In this document: one piece after another, positions 40,214 to 50,323 of the stretch
Layout of the letters: each line of letters begins with the position of its first letter
How positions within the stretch are numbered: the first letter of the stretch is position 1
NCBI GenBank assembly: GCA_009103225.1
Contig: RHPI01002990.1
Span: forward strand, 638,767-702,766
Length of the DNA: 64,000 bases
Reading direction: 5' to 3'
From: Chlorokybus atmophyticus
Lineage: Eukaryota > Plantae > Mesostigma and Chlorokybus algae
Program-made: the position numbers and the translations under genes
Notes under the pieces: generated by a model
Told to the model about the DNA's origin: nothing
What the model saw: only the letters and a program-made list of their open reading frames with translations
Databases searched by the model: none

Positions 40214-41260
40214 GATTTGATTACTGACCTACCTGAAACAACAGCCAAATACACTGCTATTGTGGTTTGTGTCGACCGTTTGACCAAAATGGTGCATTTT
40301 GCCCCGTGTTGCACAACCGTAAGTGCACGGGACTTAGCACATTTATTTGTGTCCACGGTCTTTCGAGTTCACGGTGTACCGCGTGAGCTTATAACAGATC
40401 GTGATCCTCGGTTTGTCTCCAAGTTTTGGAGAGAAGTCTGCGAATTGTTGGAAGTAAAACAAAGCATGTCGACTGCTTTCCACCCGCAAACGGACGGACA
40501 AACTGAACGAGCAAATCAAAAACTGGCAGAAATGCTTCGCCACTATGTGGCTTTTAATCATGCTGATTGGGACAGGTACTTGCCAATGGCAGAGTTCGCT
40601 GTAAACGATGTGTGGCAGAAAGTGTAAAGGAAACCCCATTTTTTTTAATTATGGGATTCGCCCGAATACACTAGCGTCATTGCGTGTACCTCGCAATGCC
40701 CTAACCGTACCAGCGGCAAAGGAATTTGCCACTGATATGCAAGAAAATTTGGCTCGAGTCAAGCTATGTCTGTCAGAAGCACAAGACTGGCAAAAAGCTT
40801 ATGCTGATACACATCCACCTTCCATGTTGGCGATAAAGTTTTGCTTAACGCAAAGAACATGACTATCAAAGGTATGGGTGCTCGCAAGTTGCTGCCCCGA
40901 TGGTTAGGTCCTTTCTCTATCACTGATAAAGCTGGTATGCACGCGTATCGACTGCAATTGCCCCCAAGTGTGCGTATACACAACGTGTTCCACGTGAACT
41001 TGTTAAAACCATACCGCTCAGACGGTAGAACACAGCCTTCACCACCACCGGTTGAGGTGGACAGCGAGCTCGAATACGAGGTGGAAATATTCTGGACCAT
41101 AAGCTGAATAGTTGGGGACTCTTCGGTAAAATGGGAAGGGTATGGCCCGAAACATAACAGTTGGGAGCCCGATAGACATCTTACGAACTGCCGCGAGTTG
41201 CTTCGAGCTTACTGGGACACACGTCCCAACCCGTGAAACTGTGGGCTTGGTTGATGACAG
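40214..41260 (+). pseudogene. pol 3' part: integrase core, GPY/F region and chromodomain
   Basis: DLITDLP..VVCVDRLTKMVHF; HGVPRELITDRDPRF.SKFW; STAFHPQTDGQTERAN; KLLPRWLGPF; HNVFHVNLLKPY; KWEGYGPKHNSWEP. Confidence 0.92.
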
Positions 41261-42876
41261 ATTGGCACTGCAGTTTCATTACCACCGTCACTTCCTGCTA
41301 TCTCACTGGTTACAATTACTCGAAATCAAGCCTGATCAGCTTAAGTTCAACGAGGACGTTGAAAACCAAAGTGGGGGGGAATGTAACGGGAGCAATACTA
41401 ATAGGGGTATTATTGCTACCTAAATAACACATTCTGTATGAATAAGTATTTAAATATGCTTATTTATACCTCTTTTCTACGGTTCTTCGCTTATCAACGG
41501 CTAGGATGCTTTATCATAGCTTAAATAAGTCCGAATGGGTGTAAAACCGCTTATTCAAGCCTATTTAGTGTGACATTTGATAAAATGTGACCACTATCTC
41601 GTTAGGTATCGTACGATAGGTATCGTTCAATAGGTACCTTATCGATAGGTACCTTATCTGAGTTGTGACTGGCTCACGATAAATTTCCTAACTACCCTAT
41701 CTGTAGGGTCGATGTCTGGTTGTGAATCAATTATCAAGAGGTGTATATTTAACATACTCTTGATATAAAAGGTCACATTAAACCAATGTGATCTCACTTT
41801 CAATTCTCTGCTCAGTGGCGGCCACGCCGATCAAAGGCTTGTCATAGGCGGTGTGGGTGTTGGGGTAGAGGATTGAAGGGGCATTACCGGCGACGGTGGT
41901 GCTGTTACAGCACACGCCATAAGCACTTGCCGCTTACGAAATGGAAAATCCCACTTAGTCCCTTTTTACCAACATAAGTAAGGGACACAGAATGACTTTT
42001 GCCAGCTTTATAAGCGTAATAAGGCCGATGTGGCCATGCACATTGACTGACTTCGAGCTAGTTCATATCAATGTTATGTGTAGTACTGTGCCTTAGATCC
42101 CTAAGGAGACATAGAGGACTGCATGAGCACACCTGCCAAGCACTACACAGCTTGACAAGCGGAATCCTCACTTAGTCCCTCCTACTTACTGCATAAGTAA
42201 AAAATAGAGAGTGACTTCTGCTAGCCCTGTGCGTGACAATGTTGCCGCGTATTAAATTATAATTATACAACTTTGAAAGAAACGTGACGCCTCTCCTCAG
42301 GGTAGCGATTTTTGCTACCATGGCCATGGATTGGTAGGCAGCGTGAGCTTCGGACACAGGTTCGACTCTGTGTGCGGCTGGGTGAGAAGGGCAACTGTGT
42401 TTTATGGAACAATTATACAGGCCAAACGCACGGGTCGCTGACGCGCTGAGCGCGCGGCCATTGTACCTTGCCAGTACGGTACACTAGCCGTACCGGGACG
42501 CGGACATGTAGCTGCGAGTTAAAGCCAGGAAGAATGTCACGCCGCGCAATGAATAAACATCATAAAACCGTGACGCCTCTCCTCATGGTGCCGTGCGCCA
42601 ATATGAGCATCCCTTATATTCTGCAGTTGTACGCTACTATCAGCATTATGCAACTACTGGTACAAGCATAATATATGCTGTTATTGGCGTAAGCTGTAAC
42701 AGGCGCAAGTGTGCTTTGCAGCGTTCATGGGCATGTCATCATGATGTGCATGCATGGAGTATGTTGCATCATCAAACATGATGCTGTCTTTGTTTGACTG
42801 AGCAATGCGCTTGCTGCTTTGCCAAGACAAGCAGCAATCAACTACGTGCGTCGTATGCATGTCCTCCTCATCGCTG

Positions 42877-45341
42877 CTAACTGCATCGTCTACAACAAAA
42901 AAATAGTTTAATGTAGTTTAATGTAGTTTGCCGTGCACCGCGTGCTTCAAACACCTGAATGTGGACGAGCCTGGAGCGCAACTTGCGCAGCGCTATTTGC
43001 TCAACCTTTATAAAGTTCACCACATTCGCAACGACATAAGCATCAAACTTGTTGAACGCATCCATGCCCTCTTTTAATAAAACGTGCGGAGGTGCTACAT
43101 TGTCAAAGTTTTCATCATTTGCATGCATACACTATCAGCCTTAACACTGTCAAAGCCTTCATGGTGGCGTTGGGTAGCAAAGTTTGCACAAGTACAAAGC
43201 TTCACCTTCTACGTTAACCACCTCATCATCATTCATGTCCTATAGCTCCAGCTCCAGCTCCAACCCCACACTAGCCAGTATTGCCCCATTTGAGTCTTCT
43301 GGCTCTGTGGGGACATGCACATCAGCTGCCACATACTCTGTTGCAGTCTGCAAATCTTCATCTGGGATATCTAGCCTGCTCATCATCTCCCTAAGATCAT
43401 CAAGGTCCTGCATGCGTCAGATATGCAGGTGTTGGTGCCACGCGTATGCACGCATGCATGAGTGCGTTCTTTGATGCAAGCACGTACCGTTAATGGCGCA
43501 ACTGCTGTAGAGCTGAGCTCATTGTTAGCACGCGCATCCGCTGCCCATGCTTGAGGGGTGATACGTGTGTGGCGCCAGCAATTGCGTATAGTTAAGGGAG
43601 TGACTTCGCCCCATGCCTCTTTGCTCCACATGATTGCGTCGTGTGCATTAACCGGCACCTTCCTCAAGTCCATGGTGGGGTCCGCTTCATGGTGCTGAAG
43701 AATGTGCGCAAGCAATTTGCGTCACCTATACATGTGACAGAGATTGCTCACTGAGTGGCACTCATCAGAGTTTGCACGTCACTATACACAATGCATGCAC
43801 TCTTACCTCGCTTTAAAAGCGGCAATGATGCTGGCATCGAGAGGTTGCACCTCTGAAGTAGTGTTTGCTGGTAGGAACAAGCAAGTCACATGAGACAACC
43901 TCAAGGTCTTAAAACCGCTCAGCATGCCCGCCACGGCCGTTGCGCATTGATGTGTTTACGAGTTATCCATTAGCAGCACCACGTTGCGCTTGGCCTGCTC
44001 CATCTCATGATTGAATTCAAGCAACCACGACAAGAACACCTGCCAGCCACGCACCTGTTGAGATACAAGGCAGCACTAGTGCGCATTAATCGAGCATGTG
44101 TATGCAGAAGCACGTGCGTGCGTGCGTGCGTGAGTGCTCGCGCTCTGCAGCTGGCGCATGCAGCTGTGTATGAGCTTGAGTGATAAAGCGCACCGCAGCA
44201 AACCACCTTTGCATGTTTGCGCATGCATGCGCGCGTGCATGCGTGCGTCCGAGCTGGAGTTCTTGTGCATTGCGGCTGGCGCAAGCTGTAGTGTAGCCAG
44301 CGCATGCTACATGCAACACAACATGTGCTTGCGCTAGCTGTAGAGCACATGCACTCAAACTCGCATGCACGCACACGTTTACAGCTGTGCTGCAGCATGC
44401 ATGCTTGCTTACACATACCTTGATGTTCATCCACGCAGAAGCATTGTGCGCGTACTGAACGCCTATTTAACGGGGACGCCATGCCCGAAAGCATTGCGGC
44501 TTCTTACATATCCCAATCAGCAACACAGGGCGCTTATCTGTGCCAGAGGCGTTGCAGCAAAGCATCAATGTGAAGCGAATGCGAGCCTTCTTTAAACCTT
44601 TGACCTTCTCCCCTATCTTCGCCTGCGTCTTTGACGGACGCAGTCGAATGTACAAAACTGTCTCATCCATGTTGTACACATTCTTAATGACGTACTCTGC
44701 CAACAATGCAACAACGAACTTCATCACATGTTATGCCCATGTATCAGCATAAGCATGTGCATGCACACAATTGCATCTACCCAAAGGCAAATCTGTCAAT
44801 GCATGGTGCACTCCCTCTTGATTGGCATCTCCACTTTCTCCATGTGCAGTGAAGGACTTGATGCCAAAACAATGCTTCCAGCCCCGCAACCAACCGCTTA
44901 ATTCGCCAAACGTACCTGACAGCTTCATCATACTTGCGAACACGCGCGCTTTCTCCATCACAAGCAAGTCCGACATGCATGCGTTGGTGGCCATCGCACG
45001 CTGAAACCACACATTTATAGCATTGTCCAGCTGTGGGTAATAGCCTAACGCATGCGTATGCTGCTGGTTGCCGTGTGCCCAGCAGAGTTAGCACGCTCAA
45101 TGATTGAATCACCATTCTTAAGCAACCTTGACAAAACTGTCTGATATAGCTTAAAATTCAAGTCCTTCTTGACCAGCGCAAGTTGATAAACTTGTTTCTT
45201 CACATGCTGATTGCTCCTGACCAACTCTACAACGCGCTTCTTATCTCCTAGAGTCAATGCGTGTTTTAACGCCATGCCTGCAGTACAACCCATCATAGGA
45301 ATGCATGCATCTGTGAATAACTTACAACTAACAACACACAC
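42877..45341 (-). pseudogene. pogo/Tigger-type (CENP-B-like, DDE_1) transposase pseudogene with introns
   Basis: LTLGDKKRVVE (HTH); WFQRA..LVMEKARVFA..SGWLRGWK..FGI (HTH_Tnp_Tc5-like); VYNMDETVLY..RFTLMLCCNASGTDK; VVLLMDNS*TH (in-frame stop); FLPANTTSEVQPLDASII..FK; AWGEVTPLTIRNCW; RQTTL..FF tail. Confidence 0.85.
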
Positions 45342-46239
45342 ACCACAACAAGCAAATGGTAGACTTTATCAGTTCAAGTTTATAGCATAGCTGCTGGACA
45401 TGTAGCTATGCCATACCAACAGCTGAGCGCAACCATACATTGACAATGAGTTGTTTCGCCTACACGAGAATGCACATGGCACACCTTGCACACAAAACAT
45501 ATACAAGGGGTTTAACAGTCGTGGTGCATGCACCTTTGGCCGCTAATCAGCAGCGCCTCTTAGCCCAAGCCCTCCTGCCTCTGCCAGGTAGAGGCCGCCT
45601 CCTGTGCCGCCGCCAAACTTGATACGCTGCTAAACAGGCCGCCGCCGGATACGCCAGCTGAGCGGCACAGATATCGCAGAGTGTGGATATCTGCACTGTA
45701 TTGTGTGCCGATTGTGATCGATACAAGCATATGTAGTCGGGTCTTATGTAAGTTAAACTATGTTGGTACCGATAGTAGCATTGCTTATACCAGTTAGTAT
45801 ATAGCTGGAGGGCCATCCGAGTTACGGCAATACATGCAAATATCAGTATATAGTCACTATTCGACATGCTTATAACGGCGCACGACTGTAGCGACTTTGA
45901 CTACCATGGCCAAGATGGTTGTTACAGATAGTGCTTCTAGGCTTGGAATCATTCGGTTCTTCGGTCGTGATAAGAGTAGCTTTTTGATCTCCTTGCAGCT
46001 TGCTAGGTAAAAAAGGTCGCGTAAAGCTGCTTTATTGTCAATCATATACTAACTGTTCAGCTCTTTAATAATCTTTATGAGTAAGTGGCAACTGAGGTGT
46101 AATTAAGTAAAACTTTGTGCACCTCCTAGAATTTGTCAATTGCTAATATTAATTAAAGGTTGTCCCAGCTAAGCTTGACCTAAAGTGAGTAACTAAACCT
46201 CTGCGATAGTTATTAGATGGTGGACGCATGAAATTGCGC

Positions 46240-46870
46240 TGTAATTGTTGTATCAAGCATCACTCATAGGGCGTTGGGTTCAAACAATTACTTTTTCAAC
46301 ATAACATAAACAAAGAACGTTGTTTATTTGATCTTGTTTGTAATGGCCATTATCCGATTAACGTTATTTTTTAAAAACGCTATTTGGTCGTTTAGACCAT
46401 ACGCTCAAAGATTAAATAAGCACATTATTATGTATATACTATAGATATTAACGGTGTTTTATAATCATTTATATCCTTGCGGACAGCAAGTTATATGTAA
46501 GTTATTAGCACTTATCATATCATTACATTGCATGTTTTCAAATGAAAACATATAAGTTCATGCGTAAATGCACATTATGGACGCTTATACACCATGTAAT
46601 GCTCGATTATATTTCTCATATTCAACACTATCATATCGTGCGTGATTTATCTAGCTGTTGTTCAATATGTCAGCTCGTTTTTGTCAGGTGTAAGGACAGG
46701 TCGTAAAGACATTGCATTGGTTGTCAACAAGCCGTTGTTGATAGAACAGTATAATAACAATATCGGTCTCAATTGTGTTTTGTATTTGTTCGTTAATGCC
46801 CATACCCAGATTGAAACCCAGCCCTCTCGTATAATCAATAACAGTGATGGAAGTAAGTGGCTTGTGTAGC
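46240..46870 (+). pseudogene. Possible second piggyBac transposase relic
   Basis: V..SS..R..K..VNKPLLIEQYNNNIG resembles KP..I..YN..MGGVD; weak upstream GFK..DLVCNGHY; AT-rich and decayed. Confidence 0.25.
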
Positions 46871-47265
46871 GACCCAGGTTGGGAACTTAGCTTTGGCAAA
46901 GCCAAGTTGGTATGTTTCACTACCTCCAGGCAGTTGAGATTATACAACTCATGAAACACGCACGTTGCCGTTGAGGACGTCGTCAACGCGCAACGGCAAG
47001 CTGTAACGAACATGCGCCGTTTGGATGCGCGCGTTTTATCATCCAACGGCAAGGCCGTTGCACGCTGCACCGACAGCAATTGGCAGCTGTCGACGTACGG
47101 TCACCCATGGACGTTGCTACGGGCGGCGACGGCGTGGCCGTGGAGGTGGCCATTGAGGTTGGCCTGGAGGACGGCTAGGAGATGCTCAGCTGCAGTTGGT
47201 GAAATCTCTAGGAGGCTGACTGCACCGCCACCGCCGATTGAAGCACAGCTGGTGCAGTGAGCTTT

Positions 47266-47345
47266 GGCCCAATTAGGGTTTGCTGGGCCAAGCTTTGGCC
47301 AGGCCGGGCCGGGCCAGGCCAGGCCAGGCCAGGGTAGGCCAGGCC
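47266..47345 (+). promoter_or_regulatory. Site II-like motifs plus telo-box, followed by (GGCCA)n tandem repeat, just upstream of the ATG
   Basis: GGCCCA 47266-47271, TTAGGGTTT 47273-47281, TGGGCC 47284-47289, then about ten GGCC[AG] units. Confidence 0.5.
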
Positions 47346-49658
47346 ATGGTGGACAATCCGGAGGCGATAGATCAGGCCGCGGCTGTGGCAGGGCTGGGCG
47401 ACGTTGCGGGGGTCGCGCAGGTGGACGCGCCTGTCTCGCAGGAGGTGGTCGTTCCTCGCGGCCCAAACCACCATCAGGTTCAGCATCAGGTTCAGCTTCA
47501 GAACCATCACCAGGTCCAGCATCACCATTATGAGGTGGTGCCGCCCTCTGCTGCAGACGACGACGGCGGCGATGCGCAGCGCAAGAGGAAGCGCCGCGCT
47601 TATAAGTACACAAACAGGCATAAACAAGCTGCCCATCACATGCTCCGGTGCTTTCCTCAATGCCGCATCCTCGAGTTGTGGAACCCATGCGATGTTGTTT
47701 TTATTTCTCTCATCCAAAACACCCCTGCATTGGCACTTGCGTTTGCTTGAGAGTGCGACAGCATGTTTGCCTCACGGTATGAGGCGCTTGGTGAGCAGCA
47801 ATGCTCAATACGTTTCTCAATGCGATTGCCGCCCTGCATTGTGCATGAAACTGGTCCTGGCTGTATCAACGAGCACGCACAAGCAAGAGGTCATGGTCTT
47901 ACGTTCTGACACATTGCCACACTTGCAGTCAGGGTTGTTTGCTTGTGTTTGCGTGCGTTCACTTGTGCAATCGCGAAGGCTCGCTGCTCATGCTGTGAAT
48001 ATGTGCAGGAAGGGAGAAGGCTTGACATTAGCACTGGAAGATGAGAATTGGCCGCCGCCTGATGCGGCCTTTGAGGCCGCTCCGGCTGAACCAGACACCA
48101 AGGAGAAGCTGCAGCTTTTGTGGTGTTTCACGGCTGTGGAACGGCGCATGAAGACCGATGACGCCTTTGCAATGGATGTCGCACGAAGGAAATGGGACTA
48201 CATTGCTCGCCGTATGTGGAAGGTACAGTGTTTCACACACACAGTACACACAGTGCTGCCATTAAACTTTTAGGGCACTCAACAGCTGTTGCTATAAGGT
48301 AACAGCTGGCTTGCTTTGTTCTGAGGCCTTTGCTGAGTTGTTGTTGATCAACCAGGACCACGGCATCGCACGGGATTGCAAAGCCTGGAAAAAGATGTGG
48401 GAGATTATAAGTCGTCGGCCGAGGAGTACAGCGAGGCAGCACAAGGGCATCGACGCCGTGTTTGCCTCGGAGATGAATGCTTGGCTTAACACGAAGGAGA
48501 AGAAAGGCAATGAAGCCCCACCACCTGCAGAGCCCGACACCTACAAACCACTGGTATTGGTCTCAAGCATCATGTATCTGGTCGTGAGAAGAGACACATG
48601 CACGCACATGTGCACATGCGTACAGGCTCACANAAGCACACCATAGCAAAGCTTGATAATACAGCCCCGCCCCCCACGTGCGCAAGTTTGCCATAGCCAG
48701 TCTGAATGCACACCCTGTGTACACTTCGCACAAGCCATTCTACCAAGGACATAGATGCAAACACGTGTCTATATCCTGCAGGAGGAGCTGCAGGGAATGG
48801 ATGGAGCGCTTCACATGCGGCCAGAGAGCGCTGCCGAGCGTAGGACATCGGGGTCGCGGGATGTACCCAGGCCGATTCTGCCACGTCCTATGGGTGCGTG
48901 TGAGCAGCTGTAGCAATGTGATGGGTTCGCAACCTCTGTGTCCAACAAGCATTCCAAGCACAGTCACCTTTGTCCACGGCATTCAGCCTTGGCTGTCGGT
49001 TGTAGCTTCAAGCCCTACGTGTGACTGTCTCGCACTCATGACCAATGTGAACTAGTCGTCCACAACAAATGTTGACTGCTACTTCCCATTGCTGATTGGT
49101 TGGTTGCTATGCGCAGGTAATGGCGAGGGCGCAGTGGCTGAGAGTTCGATGCCAGCAGACCATGCGTATGCTGCAGCCGCAGCAGCTGCGGCCGCTGCGG
49201 CAGCAGCACAGCAGTTGCACATGGACCCGCATGCGAGGGCGGCAGCGGCTGCTGCTGCTGCTGGAGCCGGTGTTGGCGCCGGCGTTGGTGCCGGTGGCCG
49301 GATCGGGGCTGCGCCAGAAGGTGGAGGAGGAGGCAACATGTCTCCTGAGAAAAGGAGGCGGAAGCGTTTTGTTGGGGATGTTGCGGGGGTCGGGGACTCT
49401 GGCGCTGCGCAGACCCTCGACGTAATCAAGGTGCTGCTGGAGCGTAACATGGAGCGCGAGGGCCACGTCCTCATGGAGGTCGTGGAGATCATCCGGGCGG
49501 AGGGGGCCGCCACGCGCGAGGCGCTTCACCTACAGAGCGCCCAGATTGCCGCCCTCGTCGAAGAAGTCAGGGGCATACGAGCCGGGTTGGAACGCGTGTC
49601 ACAGAAGTTTGTTGCAGAAGGAGAGAGTGTGGTGGAGCGTGGGGACGTGGCTTTGTGA
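47346..49658 (+). CDS. Trihelix/Myb-SANT-like putative transcription factor with C-terminal coiled coil (multi-exon)
   Basis: RKRKRR NLS; RRKWDYIARRMWK|DHGIARDCKAWKKMWE resembles trihelix W..I...M...G..R....K..WE; poly-Ala/Gly linker; KRRRKR; amphipathic coiled-coil tail. Exon structure around 47700-48010 uncertain. Confidence 0.6.
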
Positions 49659-50323
49659 GTGTATATATAAATGTATGATGGTACACTAGTATCCAGCGTG
49701 CAGGCCTTAGTATGCTAGCTGCGCGGCAAGGAAAGTGCTTTCACATAATTCTCAAGGATAAACGACTGTTCAAGAGTCAACCACTAATGTCTGCTCATAA
49801 TAATCAGAGAACTTAATCTGAGCAATTACCCATGATTGAAGTACAGTTCCAGAGAGGGCTGTGCTGCCATTTGCATGTCCTCTTCAATATATCAACCAGG
49901 AGTGCACGTGCTTTCCCACTGAGTGCATGGTCTGGTCAGATCTGCGCACTGTTGTAGCACGTGAGTGTGTCTCTCTCTCTCTTGCACATCGGCTCTGTGG
50001 GCAGGTAATGACAACTGGTAACATGCATGCATAACGGGTTGGGGCAGTACTGAGATAAGTAAGTAGAGTTGTTTAGCCCTGTGGTGAAATACAGTGTGAC
50101 TGAGCAGATTTGCATGTTCACATGCACCGCATTGCATACTTTGTACACTGATATAGCGCAACAATGACCAGTCCGCCTCAACGACTGCAAGCTTAGCACA
50201 GACCGCACTAAAGTGCAGCACTCGTGTCGGCCAGAGTCCTGGTGTCTGCTGGCTGATTGTTACTGTTCAGAGCAGTCGCCTCCTCGTCGTTGTTGCCGCT
50301 GTGGTCGGCGTGGTTGGCGGCGG

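Larger units (their letters stand above)
33390..41909 (+). mobile_element. Ty3/gypsy chromovirus LTR retrotransposon, degenerate, interrupted by a hAT element
   Basis: LTRs 33390-33925 and 41382-41909; TSD GCACA on both sides; degenerate tRNA-Met PBS TGGTATC at 33927; PPT AAAGTGGGGGGGA before the 3' LTR; gag, RT (KTAFRTP..GHFE, PIGLTNAPATFQ, YFNDIIVFS), RNase H (DAS..GCGAVLLQ, ELLGVV..WRCYL), integrase and chromodomain. No protease seen. Confidence 0.95.
31978..42021. mobile_element. Solo-LTR-like repeat, family B copy 2, nested in copy 1 and interrupted twice
   Basis: Starts TGTGACG with colinear similarity to copy 1; pieces 31978-32066, 32653-33389, 41915-42021 rejoin across the two TSDs; decayed end GCGTAATA. 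Confidence 0.5.
31336..42238. mobile_element. Outer solo-LTR-like repeat, family B copy 1 (31336-31977 + ~42022-42238), interrupted by the nest
   Basis: Starts TGTAACG, ends CGTGACA; shares blocks with copy 2 (TTGTGCAC, CCCACAAGGGATG..GGGGGAGCCCCT, GCTGCTCTCCCAA, TGTGCTGACC, CACTTAGTCCCT..CATAAGTAA). No TSD match. Confidence 0.5.

Noticed and set aside
42283-42590. Direct repeat CGTGACGCCTCTCCTCA about 290 bp apart
   Set aside because: Could not be tied to an element boundary, TSD or gene.
42640-45800. Weak inverted similarity (ACTGGTACAAGCA vs TGCTTATACCAGT) as pogo TIRs
   Set aside because: Short, imperfect and without a TA target duplication at matching ends.
45857-46045. ORF with IPSLEALS motif as a possible viral or SOCS-box gene
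   Set aside because: 62 aa, no second motif, no viral hallmark genes nearby.
48700-48990. Minus-strand WPHVKRSIHSLQLLLQDI resembling the hAT C..H.L.L..D motif inside the trihelix intron
   Set aside because: One short motif, the catalytic-region Cys is absent, and no supporting motifs or termini.
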